Below, piece by piece: positions 21,484 through 30,184 of a stretch of 64,000 nucleotides of DNA. A program made the translations under genes and the position numbers. Source of the DNA: an uncultured Gemmatimonadaceae bacterium (lineage in GTDB: Bacteria; Gemmatimonadota; Gemmatimonadetes; Gemmatimonadales; Gemmatimonadaceae); contig CAWFQK010000005.1 of the NCBI GenBank assembly GCA_963817955.1, positions 128,001 through 192,000 on the forward strand, in the 5' to 3' direction. The notes under the pieces were generated by a model, which had not been told where the DNA came from, made no database searches, and worked only from the letters and a program-made list of their open reading frames with translations. Numbering within the stretch: position 1 is the stretch's first letter; every line of letters starts with the position of its first letter.

Positions 21484-22812
21484 TTGCAGATATCGCGCTC
21501 GACCGCTCCCGCGCGGATCCTCCGTGCGACTGTCGCCGCCTTCCTCCTCACAGGGATCGGCGCCTGCGCCGACTCCCTGCGCGGCGTTGGCGGCAGCCCC
21601 GCGGCCGCGGCCGACCATGCCGATCAACTGTTCGACGCCTTCGCCACGCGGTTCAACGCGGTCGAGATCGGACCACACTACAATATCGCTCGGGTCCGGC
21701 TGGCAGAGTCGGCCCTCGTGCCATCGCGCATCTTCAACGATACGGCGATCTGGGTTTCCCGTCCGTCGGCCGGCATCCGACTGCTCTATGTGAGCGGAAC
21801 CCTCGTGGACGGTCACTACCACTTGGACTCCCGCCCGCTGCTGAACTCGCCGGCCCGACCGGGCGACACTCGCCATACCATCGCGCTCGAGCAGCTCGCC
21901 TCGTCAGGCTACCGCTGGGACACCAGGGTGGACTTCGCCCTCGGCGCGGCGAGCGCCGACGGTATTGGCAATCTGATATTAGACCTGTTGAAAGCACCGG
22001 AGGGCCGCAGCGAGCGCGAGCTGCGCGAGGACTACCGGTCCACCGTGCCGCGCGCCGCCGCGGCGTTCGGCCGGGGCTTCTCCGTCGATTCGCTGCGCGT
22101 CACGCCAGGCGGCGCCGGAACGACCACGGTCGCCGTGACGCTCGGCTACCATCCCGAGCTCATGCGCGCCACCTACCCGTTGCTGGCGCAATACCTGGAC
22201 AAGTATCTCGGACCGGCACGGTATCGCTTCACGCTGTCCGACCCGGCCGGCGCCGTGCTCTTCGACATCGTGGGACGTGATCGCCAATTCACGGCGCGTT
22301 ACCGCCTGCAGCAGGGGAAGCTGACGTCGCTCTACGGTCTGCCGCACCCGTGGCCCGATAGCCTCGTCCTGACGTCCGACCTGTCGCTCAAGGTGAAGAT
22401 GTTCACGGTTGGCTACCATGGCCTCGTGACTGACTTCGTGGTCTCCAACACGGGACACGAGCGCGCCTGGACGATCAACGCGCGCCAGGAACCGAAGTGG
22501 GACCTCCCGCTCATCACCGAACGGCTCATTCGATCCCCGCTCCACCGGCCCTTCGACGGCGCAGGCTCCATCTTGCGGCTCGCGGTGCGGGATAGCGCCG
22601 GGCAGCAGACGGTGTTCTCGCGGCGCACGCGCTTCGACGTCCAGGAAAGCCCCATCGTGCGCTTCCTCGGGTCGCTCGCGTCGCACGCGATCGGCGATCT
22701 CGACACTCGCGTCGAAGTCGAGGAGGACCGTTTCATTCGCGAGGGCTTCTCGGCGCTCCAGGCGGATGTGCGCGCCCTGGGCATCCACTGGCGGGCCGCC
22801 GACCAGAAATAG
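21484..22812 (+). CDS. Hypothetical lipoprotein
   Basis: Long ORF with lipobox-like IGAC; no recognised domain; start codon uncertain. Confidence 0.7.
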   Translation: MQISRSTAPARILRATVAAFLLTGIGACADSLRGVGGSPAAAADHADQLFDAFATRFNAVEIGPHYNIARVRLAESALVPSRIFNDTAIWVSRPSAGIRLLYVSGTLVDGHYHLDSRPLLNSPARPGDTRHTIALEQLASSGYRWDTRVDFALGAASADGIGNLILDLLKAPEGRSERELREDYRSTVPRAAAAFGRGFSVDSLRVTPGGAGTTTVAVTLGYHPELMRATYPLLAQYLDKYLGPARYRFTLSDPAGAVLFDIVGRDRQFTARYRLQQGKLTSLYGLPHPWPDSLVLTSDLSLKVKMFTVGYHGLVTDFVVSNTGHERAWTINARQEPKWDLPLITERLIRSPLHRPFDGAGSILRLAVRDSAGQQTVFSRRTRFDVQESPIVRFLGSLASHAIGDLDTRVEVEEDRFIREGFSALQADVRALGIHWRAADQK

Positions 22813-22847
22813 AGAACGCCACGAAGCGTTAGCTCGTGGCGTTCTTT
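22813..22847. terminator. Hairpin between the lipoprotein gene and tRNA-Ala
   Basis: AGAACGCCACGA / TCGTGGCGTTCT 12-bp stem with a short T run. Confidence 0.6.
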
Positions 22848-22981
22848 GAACCGGGAGGCATCTCGCCGGATCTGCTCGCGCACCGTCATTGGAACTCTGC
22901 GTCCTACCGAACGGCGGCGGGCACATCCCATTTGGCGAGAAGTGTGCCGAACCGATGAATCTTCGCAGCGTGACGCTGCCA

Positions 22982-23054
22982 TGGAGCTGACCGGGATCGA
23001 ACCGGTGACCTCTGCAGTGCGATTGCAGCGCTCTCCCAGCTGAGCTACAGCCCC
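22982..23054 (-). tRNA. tRNA-Ala (anticodon CGC), CCA not encoded
   Basis: GGGGCTG/CAGCTCC acceptor stem with G3:U70, CTGCA-atCGCac-TGCAG arm, GTTCGATC T-loop. Confidence 0.97.
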
Positions 23055-23075
23055 TCGACCAATCGTCGTACAAGG

Positions 23076-23143
23076 AAAAAGCCCCGCCAAGGCGGGGCCA
23101 CTCCCGACTCCACAAGATTAAGGGACGCAGGAAGGAGAAGCAA
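23076..23143 (-). promoter_or_regulatory. tRNA-Ala promoter followed by a terminator-like leader hairpin
   Basis: Minus strand TTGCTT, 17 bp, TAATCT (23143-23115); then GCCCCGCC-TT-GGCGGGGC-TTTTT (23098-23076). Confidence 0.65.
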
Positions 23144-23254
23144 GATCTACACGGGCGCGCAACTGCTGGGATCGCACAACAGCTTGTTTACATCACGCAC
23201 CATCGCGACCTTGATCCCGCACGCTCCACAGCCTCAAGCCCGCCTCGCATAATC

Positions 23255-24211
23255 ATGTTCTCCGACCTCCGCGCCACCGATGTTCTCGCCGCCGCCCATC
23301 GGATCAGGCCGCTCATCAAACACACACCATTGCTGCGCAGCGACGCGCTGAGCACCATTTGCAAGGGCGACGTCTACCTCAAGCTCGAGAATCAGCAAAC
23401 GACGGGGTCGTTCAAGTTGCGTGGCGCACTGAACGTTCTGTCCACGCTCCCCGCCGCGGTGCGCTCACGCGGGGTGGTCGCGTCATCGGCCGGAAATCAC
23501 GGGCTGGGCGTGGCGTACGCCGCCAAGCATTTCGGCGTCGCCGCCACGATCTTCGTACCAAGCACAGCCCCTGCGGTAAAGCGCGACGGCATTCGCGCCC
23601 TCGGGGCGACGATCGACACGACGCAGCCGGACTACGACGCCGCGATGGTCGCGGCCAAGACGTTCGCCGTCGACCATGGGTCCACGTTCATCAACCCTTG
23701 CCTGGGCGACATGCTGCTCGCCGGCCAGGGAACGGTGGCTCTCGAGATCTTCGAGGAGTTGCCCGACCTCGCCACGCTGGTGCTCAACGTGGGCGGTGGA
23801 GGACTACTCGGCGGATGCGGCACGCTCGCTCGCGCCGTCGCACCCGCGGTGCAGATCATTGGCGCACAGAGCGAGTACACCAACGCCATGACCGTGTCGC
23901 TCGCCGAGGGACGCGTGGTGGACATCGACAACCGGCCAACGCTCGCCGACGGACTCGCCGGCCAGATCGATGACGAAGCGCTCGACATCGGCCAGCACAC
24001 GCTCGACGAGATCATCACGCTGAGTGAAGAGGAGATCGCGTCGACGATTGCCTGGATCTGGACGGAGCATCACCAGCGCGTCGAGGGCGCGGGCGCCTGT
24101 GCCGTGGGCGCGGTGCGGAACCGGAAAGTCACGATCCGCACGCCGGCAGCGATAGTCGTCAGCGGCGGCAATATCGATGCGGCGAAGTTCGAGAAGATCG
24201 TGAACCGCTGA
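23255..24211 (+). CDS. PLP-dependent threonine/serine dehydratase, short form without regulatory domain
   Basis: LKLENQQTTGSFKLRGA, SAGNHG, VGGGGL, VSGGNID. Confidence 0.92.
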   Translation: MFSDLRATDVLAAAHRIRPLIKHTPLLRSDALSTICKGDVYLKLENQQTTGSFKLRGALNVLSTLPAAVRSRGVVASSAGNHGLGVAYAAKHFGVAATIFVPSTAPAVKRDGIRALGATIDTTQPDYDAAMVAAKTFAVDHGSTFINPCLGDMLLAGQGTVALEIFEELPDLATLVLNVGGGGLLGGCGTLARAVAPAVQIIGAQSEYTNAMTVSLAEGRVVDIDNRPTLADGLAGQIDDEALDIGQHTLDEIITLSEEEIASTIAWIWTEHHQRVEGAGACAVGAVRNRKVTIRTPAAIVVSGGNIDAAKFEKIVNR

Positions 24212-24233
24212 TCGTCAGATCAGAGCACGCCAG

Positions 24234-24266
24234 GAGCCTCGGGACACGTCAGGTGTCCCGAGGCTC
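24234..24266. terminator. Hairpin between convergent genes
   Basis: 14-bp stem GAGCCTCGGGACAC / GTGTCCCGAGGCTC. Confidence 0.7.
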
Positions 24267-24287
24267 TCTATCGTACGGCCCTCGATC

Positions 24288-24842
24288 TCAACGGCCGAAC
24301 GAACGATCGCGGTCCGGTCGGTTCTCAGCGCCGAGCGGCGCGTTGCTGCCGCCTAACGGATGCGGATGGCGCGCGCCCTCGCTCTGATTGTCGATCGCCA
24401 CCTGCCGTTCCTGCGCGGTTGAGCGGGTGTTCTGGAAGGTTCCTTCCAGTTCGCTGCCCGAGCCACCGGTGTTCACCGGCGATGCACTGCGGCCGCGCGA
24501 CTGTCCGCGCGCCTCGCCACCGCGACGGCCTATGGCGGCCATGTGCTCGCGATTGCGACTCACCGCCATACCACCTTTGCGGCCAGCTTCGCGCGCCTCG
24601 CCCGAATCGAATTCGTGCGCGGTGCCTTTGGCATGCGCCGCTCTTCCACCCTTGCTGGCAATTTCCTTCTGCTTCCCACGATCCATCGACGCGAACCCGC
24701 GGTTGCTCCGGGAGCGCGCCTGAGCGCCACCCTGCGAGCCACTCTGCCGCGCGGTATCGTTCGACGTGTCACGATGTCCGGCGCGATCGCTGTGTACACC
24801 AGACGTCGTGATCCGATCGTCGCTACCCGGTCTGTTCGGCAT
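24288..24842 (-). CDS. KGG-repeat general stress protein (YciG/GsiB-like)
   Basis: RGFASMD..KQKEIASKGG, EAREAGRKGG, HMAAIGRRGG; AGGAGG RBS before ATG 24842. Confidence 0.88.
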   Translation of the reverse strand: MPNRPGSDDRITTSGVHSDRAGHRDTSNDTARQSGSQGGAQARSRSNRGFASMDRGKQKEIASKGGRAAHAKGTAHEFDSGEAREAGRKGGMAVSRNREHMAAIGRRGGEARGQSRGRSASPVNTGGSGSELEGTFQNTRSTAQERQVAIDNQSEGARHPHPLGGSNAPLGAENRPDRDRSFGR

Positions 24843-24957
24843 CCTGCTCCTCCTAGAGATTTGGCGCGTTCCGCGGTGGACGTGCAGTCCCGCACCTGCG
24901 TTCGGGTTCGACGCCATGTGCCCCAAGGCCCCCCCGGGCCATTGCGACCTGATGGTG

Positions 24958-24973
24958 TGCAAACTGCTTGCCG
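24958..24973 (-). promoter_or_regulatory. Putative sigma54 (-24/-12) promoter of the KGG gene
   Basis: Minus strand CGGCAAGCAGTTTGCA has GG-N10-GC spacing and TTGC. Confidence 0.5.
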
Positions 24974-25278
24974 TGCCGTGGCCGGTTGCACGAACAACCG
25001 CGCATCGGCCTGTCGTCAGCCCGCTACTGCTCCTTCTCCTAGCAAACTCAGTACCTCGACGGGAGAACTCACTTCGAGATCGTGTCGACAATGCCTCGAC
25101 AGATTCCCGTATGTGTTGCTTGCATGCAGCAGAGCTCACCCGAATGTTGATCGACGCGAACAACTCCACCGTGGCCTACGTCACCGATGGGACATTGTCC
25201 GTCACTGCATGGTGAACCGCTCCAGCGCCAACCCAGGATGGGCAAAAACGGTTCCAGGTGACCGCTATATTCCCCGCC

Positions 25279-26211
25279 ATGTCGCTGAGCATTCGCCTCC
25301 TCGGAACATCCGCCTCCAGGCCGACAGTCGAGCGCAACGTCTCCTCCCTCGCCATCCACCGCGCGGGTGAGACGCTGATGTTCGATTGCGGCGAGGGCAC
25401 CCAGCGCCAAATGATGCGCTACGGGATTTCCTTCGCGCTCGAGGACATCTTCTTCACGCACATGCACGCCGACCATCTGCTCGGCGTGATTGGTCTGATC
25501 CGTACGATGGCGCTGCAAGGCCGCACGGAGCGGCTCCGCCTGTGGGGACCGCGCGGATCGATCCGCGTGTTGAAGCGGGCGGAGAGTTTCGGCTTCGAGC
25601 GACCCACGTTTCCCGTCGAGATCCTCGAGGTGGAAGCGGAGCAGCGCATCGAGCGTGGCGGATACGCAATCGCGGCGTTCCCCGTGGAGCACCGCGGCTC
25701 CGCGTCGCTCGGCTACGCGCTCGTGGAGGAAGATCGCAAGGGCCGCTTCAATCCCGATGTGGCGCGTGAGCTAGGAATTCCCGAGGGGCCGCTGTGGGGC
25801 AAGATCCATCGCGGCGAAGCAATCACGCTGGATGACGGTCGCGTGATCGAGTCATCGGTGCTCGTCGGGCCGGCACGCCCCGGACGCACGGTGGTGATCA
25901 CCGGCGACACGCGTCCCTGCGCGGCAACGATCGAGGCGGCACGCGACGCCGATCTCCTGGTGCACGAAGCGACGTTCGGCGACGAGGAAGCAGAACGCGC
26001 CATCGAGACAGGACACTCCACGGCGCGCGAGGCGGCGCAGGTCGCACGCGAGGCCGGCGTCCTCCGGCTCATCCTCACCCATTTCTCGGCGCGGTATTCG
26101 CGCGATTCCTTGGTGCTGGACCGCGAGGCACGTCAAGTGTTTTCGGAACTGGTCATCGGGAAAGACGGCATGGAGATCGACGTGCCGTTTCGCGATGCGG
26201 ACAGCGAGTGA
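25279..26211 (+). CDS. rnz: Ribonuclease Z
   Basis: LGTS, FDCGEGTQRQ, THMHADH, GIPEGP exosite, GDTRP, HEATF, GHST, THFSARY. Confidence 0.96.
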   Translation: MSLSIRLLGTSASRPTVERNVSSLAIHRAGETLMFDCGEGTQRQMMRYGISFALEDIFFTHMHADHLLGVIGLIRTMALQGRTERLRLWGPRGSIRVLKRAESFGFERPTFPVEILEVEAEQRIERGGYAIAAFPVEHRGSASLGYALVEEDRKGRFNPDVARELGIPEGPLWGKIHRGEAITLDDGRVIESSVLVGPARPGRTVVITGDTRPCAATIEAARDADLLVHEATFGDEEAERAIETGHSTAREAAQVAREAGVLRLILTHFSARYSRDSLVLDREARQVFSELVIGKDGMEIDVPFRDADSE

Positions 26212-26238
26212 GGCGGCCGTACCACACGCCTCCCTGCT

Positions 26239-26529
26239 CTACCCGTTCGACGCCACCGCCGGCAGAAACGGATCCGGCCGCGAAATCCGCATCGAGCGGC
26301 GGTACAGCTTCGCCAGATCGTCCGGGGTCAATCCGTCGAGAACCTTCTTTTTCGACAGATGCGACGTGACGCTGCGGGCTTCGGGGCCCGTGCTGATGAA
26401 CCAGTTGTAGCGATCGAGCCGCGAGCTTCCGGTTTGCCGATTGCGGAAGATCACCATCGCGTTGCTCGAGCCGGCAAGATCGACGTCGACGGACCAGGTG
26501 ATGCCGTCGGGAGAGCGCCAGGTTTTCAT
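26239..26529 (-). CDS. Small hypothetical protein
   Basis: 96-aa ORF from ATG 26529 with a protein-like composition; co-oriented with the upstream genes. Confidence 0.6.
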   Translation of the reverse strand: MKTWRSPDGITWSVDVDLAGSSNAMVIFRNRQTGSSRLDRYNWFISTGPEARSVTSHLSKKKVLDGLTPDDLAKLYRRSMRISRPDPFLPAVASNG

Positions 26530-26652
26530 TGCGTGAGCAGTAGGTTCGTGAACATGCGTGGTGGATTGCCAGACAACAATCTCTGGATGCGGCTGCCCAG
26601 CAGCATAGCTCAAATTAACAGGGGCTGAGGTGCGCCAACTCACAACCATGTG

Positions 26653-27144
26653 CTATCCCTGCTTTCTGCTCTTCTCCGCCTCTCGCTCCCCCAACCGCAG
26701 GCGCCGGCGCTCCTGTGCCGCATGGAACCGGCGCAGCTCGTCCGGCGTTTCGGGCGTCAGGGGCGGCACTTCGATTGGCCGGCCGTTCCGGTCGACGGCA
26801 ACAAAGGTCAGATAGCACGAGTTGGTGTGCCGGCGGTTTCCCGTCATCAGCTCTTCCGCTTCGACGCGGATACCCACCTCCATGGACGTGCGTCCCGCAT
26901 AGTTCACGCTGGCCTTCATCAGGACCAGGTCACCCAGGTGAATGGGCTCGCGGAAATCCACGCGGTCGATCGACGCGGTGACCACGGCGGCGCGGCAGTG
27001 CCTGAACGCCGCGATCGCCGCGCATTTGTCCATCATGGAGAGCACCACTCCGCCAAACACATGGCCCAGGTTGTTGGCATGCTCGGGCATCATGAGTTCG
27101 GACGTCTCGTGCTGGCTTTCGCGTACGGTCTTGGGTGGGAGCAT
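26653..27144 (-). CDS. Acyl-CoA thioesterase (hotdog fold, YciA family)
   Basis: PEHANNLGHVFGG, VVTASIDRVDF, GRTSMEVG, FVAVD. Confidence 0.93.
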   Translation of the reverse strand: MLPPKTVRESQHETSELMMPEHANNLGHVFGGVVLSMMDKCAAIAAFRHCRAAVVTASIDRVDFREPIHLGDLVLMKASVNYAGRTSMEVGIRVEAEELMTGNRRHTNSCYLTFVAVDRNGRPIEVPPLTPETPDELRRFHAAQERRRLRLGEREAEKSRKQG

Positions 27145-28318
27145 GACTGGTGAAGAAGAGAGGTGCCGTCGCCGAGCGGGCAGATGCCACTCGTGAGTTC
27201 TGATCGTACGTCGCTGCCTCATCGAAAGCGCGGGCGAGCGCGCGGCGTTCGGCGTCGCCCACCGGCGGCTGGTCGAGCCATTCAATGCGACGGAGCGGCG
27301 CCTGAACGGTGGCGATCGGCCACTCGTGTTTGGATGAATCGGAGATCGATACCCGTGCGTTCTCCTGCGCCGAATCATACCGCGCAATCACACGATATCG
27401 CCTGTGGTCCCAGACGTCGTTGCCGGCACTGTCGGCACGGGCAAGTCCGGGGCGTGACTCGCTCCACCACGGGACCGAGTCGCCACGCAGCGGCTCGAGC
27501 TCCAGCACGTTCCCCGCGGCACCCTCACCCTGGCCGGGAACGCCAAACATTATCGCGGGCCGATCGCCGTCCGCCGAGACCGTGAAGCTGCGCGGGTCGA
27601 ACCGTGCGCGCTCGACTGCGTCGGCTGCTCGGCGATCGTCTCCGACCAGCTCGGGTCGTTTTCGGGCGATGGAATCACGCTCCGATTCGAACGCGCCGCG
27701 TCCCGAGACAATGAGACGCTGGCCTGCGTCCATGCCGAACAGATCGGTGGCAAGACGGGCCTTGCCCGACCGCAGATCGACGACACCGCGGCGTGTCGAG
27801 TGCCAGGGACGGCGACCGGGAAGATCGACGTCTACATGGTATTCATACGAGACGTACGGACCGAACACTTCCAGAATCTCGACCTCAGCCGTTGCCGTCG
27901 TACTCGGGTTCGCTTGGCCTTCCTCGTCCGGCTCTAGCGGACGTTCATCGGGATGCGCCCGGGCATATGCGACGGCAATGCGCTGAACGGTGGTATCGGC
28001 AAAGATCAGGGTGCTGTCGCCAGTGAGCAGATCTCGGCGGTACAGACGTTCTCCCACGAGCTGGGCATCGTCGTACGACTGGTCGTCGTCGCTGGCGAAC
28101 AACTCGTAGAACCGGCCGTCGTAGCGCGCCAGCGTCAACGGCGCACCGCGCACGCGCATGTGTCCGGCGGTGGTCGTCACCCAGAAGGTGGAGTCCACGC
28201 TGCTGAGCAGGAACTCGGCGACAGGCGGTGGCGCGGAGGTCGTGGGACGCGTGCCGGAACATGCGGCGAGCACCATCGACGCGGCGCACGCGGCCCGGCG
28301 TACGCGGGAAGCTTGCAT
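26930..28318 (-). CDS. Hypothetical lipoprotein; 3' end overlaps the thioesterase gene
   Basis: LAAC lipobox; TATATT lies 7 nt before ATG 28318. Confidence 0.7.
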   Translation of the reverse strand: MQASRVRRAACAASMVLAACSGTRPTTSAPPPVAEFLLSSVDSTFWVTTTAGHMRVRGAPLTLARYDGRFYELFASDDDQSYDDAQLVGERLYRRDLLTGDSTLIFADTTVQRIAVAYARAHPDERPLEPDEEGQANPSTTATAEVEILEVFGPYVSYEYHVDVDLPGRRPWHSTRRGVVDLRSGKARLATDLFGMDAGQRLIVSGRGAFESERDSIARKRPELVGDDRRAADAVERARFDPRSFTVSADGDRPAIMFGVPGQGEGAAGNVLELEPLRGDSVPWWSESRPGLARADSAGNDVWDHRRYRVIARYDSAQENARVSISDSSKHEWPIATVQAPLRRIEWLDQPPVGDAERRALARAFDEAATYDQNSRVASARSATAPLFFTSHAPTQDRTRKPARDVRTHDARACQQPGPCVWRSGALHDGQMRGDRGVQALPRRRGHRVDRPRGFPRAHSPG

Positions 28319-28395
28319 GCTGGCAAATATACTGCGTGGAGAGACGCCCGAGTGGTCATTACATTCCTCGCACTCCTCTCCCATACAGCCGATCC

Positions 28396-29559
28396 ATGCT
28401 CGCATTTCGTCGGTCGCTCTTCGCGCTCATTGCCGTTGCTGCCTGCACCGCCTCGGCTGAGCATGCTGCCCAACCCTTGGCCAGCTCCGCTGGTGGTACG
28501 CCGCCGGTGTCGGCACGAATCACCGCGACGAGCGCGGGCGAGGTCGCCCAAACGGCGCCGACGGTGGTGCGCGCGCTGTACCTGAACCGATGGGCATCGC
28601 AGAGCAAGCGGCGCATGGCCAAGGTGATCGCCACGGCCGACGAGACGGAGATCAACGCCTTCGTGATCGACATGAAGGACGAGTTCGGATTGAACTACAA
28701 CACGTCGAACCCGGACTTCGCCAAGAACGCAGGGGTGGCGAACAAGATCAGGAACGTCGCGGCGCTGCTCGATACGCTGAAGGCGCACAAGATCTTCGCT
28801 ATCGCGCGCATCGTCGTATTCAAGGATTCCGTCACCGCGCGCGTGCACCCCGAGTGGACCATCCGGCGCACCGACAACTCGGTGTGGCGGGACAAGAAAG
28901 GGCTCGCCTGGGTGAATCCATATCATCGCGAGCTCTGGGAATACAACATCGGAGTAGCCGAGGAGTTGGTGAAGCTCGGATTCGGCGAGATCCAGTTCGA
29001 CTACATTCGCTTTCCCGAGCCGTACGCGAGCTTACCAGCGCAGGTGTTTCCCGGTGCGAACGGCATGTCGAAGCCGGACGCATTGGCGGCGTACCTCAAG
29101 GAAGCCAAGACGCGGCTCAACAAGCTGAACGTACGCTCCACGGCCGATGTCTTCGGCCTGGTGACCACGGTGGGCGGTCCGCTCGAGGTGGGACAGTACT
29201 GGGAGAAGATCTCACCGGTGGTGGACGTCGTTCTGCCCATGGTGTACCCATCGCACTATCCGCATGGCGAGCTGGGTATCGCGAACCCGAACGCCGAGCC
29301 GTACAAGGTCATCTTCACGTCGATCTCGCGCGCGCGGGAGCGGGATAAGAAACTTGGCATCACGGAACCTGAGCACATTCGGCCGTGGCTGCAGGCGTTC
29401 ACGCTCGGCAAGCCGGAGTACGGCGCGGAGCAGCTCGAGGCGGAGAAGAAGGCGGTGTACGACGCGGGGTACGATGGGTGGGTGATGTGGAACCCGGGGT
29501 CGATTTACGACGTGTACATGCCGGCGTTGGAGAAGACGTTGGTGACGCGGAAGCGGTAA
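28396..29559 (+). CDS. Putative glycoside hydrolase lipoprotein (DUF4015-like)
   Basis: VAAC lipobox; VIDMKD, IARIVVFKD, GFGEIQFDYIRFP, PMVYPSHY, RPWLQAF. Confidence 0.88.
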   Translation: MLAFRRSLFALIAVAACTASAEHAAQPLASSAGGTPPVSARITATSAGEVAQTAPTVVRALYLNRWASQSKRRMAKVIATADETEINAFVIDMKDEFGLNYNTSNPDFAKNAGVANKIRNVAALLDTLKAHKIFAIARIVVFKDSVTARVHPEWTIRRTDNSVWRDKKGLAWVNPYHRELWEYNIGVAEELVKLGFGEIQFDYIRFPEPYASLPAQVFPGANGMSKPDALAAYLKEAKTRLNKLNVRSTADVFGLVTTVGGPLEVGQYWEKISPVVDVVLPMVYPSHYPHGELGIANPNAEPYKVIFTSISRARERDKKLGITEPEHIRPWLQAFTLGKPEYGAEQLEAEKKAVYDAGYDGWVMWNPGSIYDVYMPALEKTLVTRKR

Positions 29560-29585
29560 GGGCGCACGTTGTCGCCTGAGCGGAG

Positions 29586-29619
29586 CGTTGTCATCCTGAG
29601 CGGAGCGAAGGATCTCCAT
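29586..29619 (+). repeat. REP-like intergenic repeat (GTCATCCTGAGC family), copy 1
   Basis: CGTTGTCATCCTGAGCGGAGCGAAGGATCTCCAT; 33/34 identical to the reverse complement of 63881-63914. Confidence 0.85.
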
Positions 29620-29662
29620 AGGCTGCAGCAGCAACGCCCACCCACCCCCATCAGAGGCGCAC

Positions 29663-30049
29663 ATGAAGCGAGTCACTGGCATCGGCGGCATCTTCTTCAA
29701 GGCGAAGGATGCACCGGCGATGCAGGCTTGGTACAAGCGCCATCTCGGCATCGATGTCCAGGAGTGGGGCGGTACCGCGTTCACCTGGACCGACTCAGAT
29801 GGCAAGCCCACGGGCGGAACGACCGTCTGGTCGGTTGCTCCGGAGGAGAGCAAGCAGTTTGCTCCCAGCACGGCCTCGTTCATGGTCAACTACCGCGTTG
29901 AGGACCTTTACGCTTTGGTCACGGCGCTCAGAGCGGAGGGCTGCAACGTCCTCGACAAGATCGATGACTCGGAGTACGGCAAGTTTGCCTGGGTCATCGA
30001 TCCGGAGGGAAACAAGGTTGAGTTGTGGCAGCCGCCGGCTGGTCAATAA
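29663..30049 (+). CDS. VOC/glyoxalase-family protein
   Basis: MKRVTGIGGIFFK, FMVNYRV, YGKFAWVIDPEGNKVELWQP. Confidence 0.93.
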   Translation: MKRVTGIGGIFFKAKDAPAMQAWYKRHLGIDVQEWGGTAFTWTDSDGKPTGGTTVWSVAPEESKQFAPSTASFMVNYRVEDLYALVTALRAEGCNVLDKIDDSEYGKFAWVIDPEGNKVELWQPPAGQ

Positions 30050-30050
30050 G

Positions 30051-30110
30051 GGGACACGGGACACGGGCGGGGACACTCACAACGCACAACTCACAACTGG
30101 AAACTCGAAC
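30051..30110. repeat. Heptamer repeat cluster
   Basis: GGGACAC x3, then TCACAAC GCACAAC TCACAAC TGGAAAC. Confidence 0.7.
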
Positions 30111-30184
30111 CTCGCCGACCGGTGGGCCGACCGCTACGGAGCCGCCAGCGACATCCAGCCGCTCAAGACCCGGAGTCCAATTGC

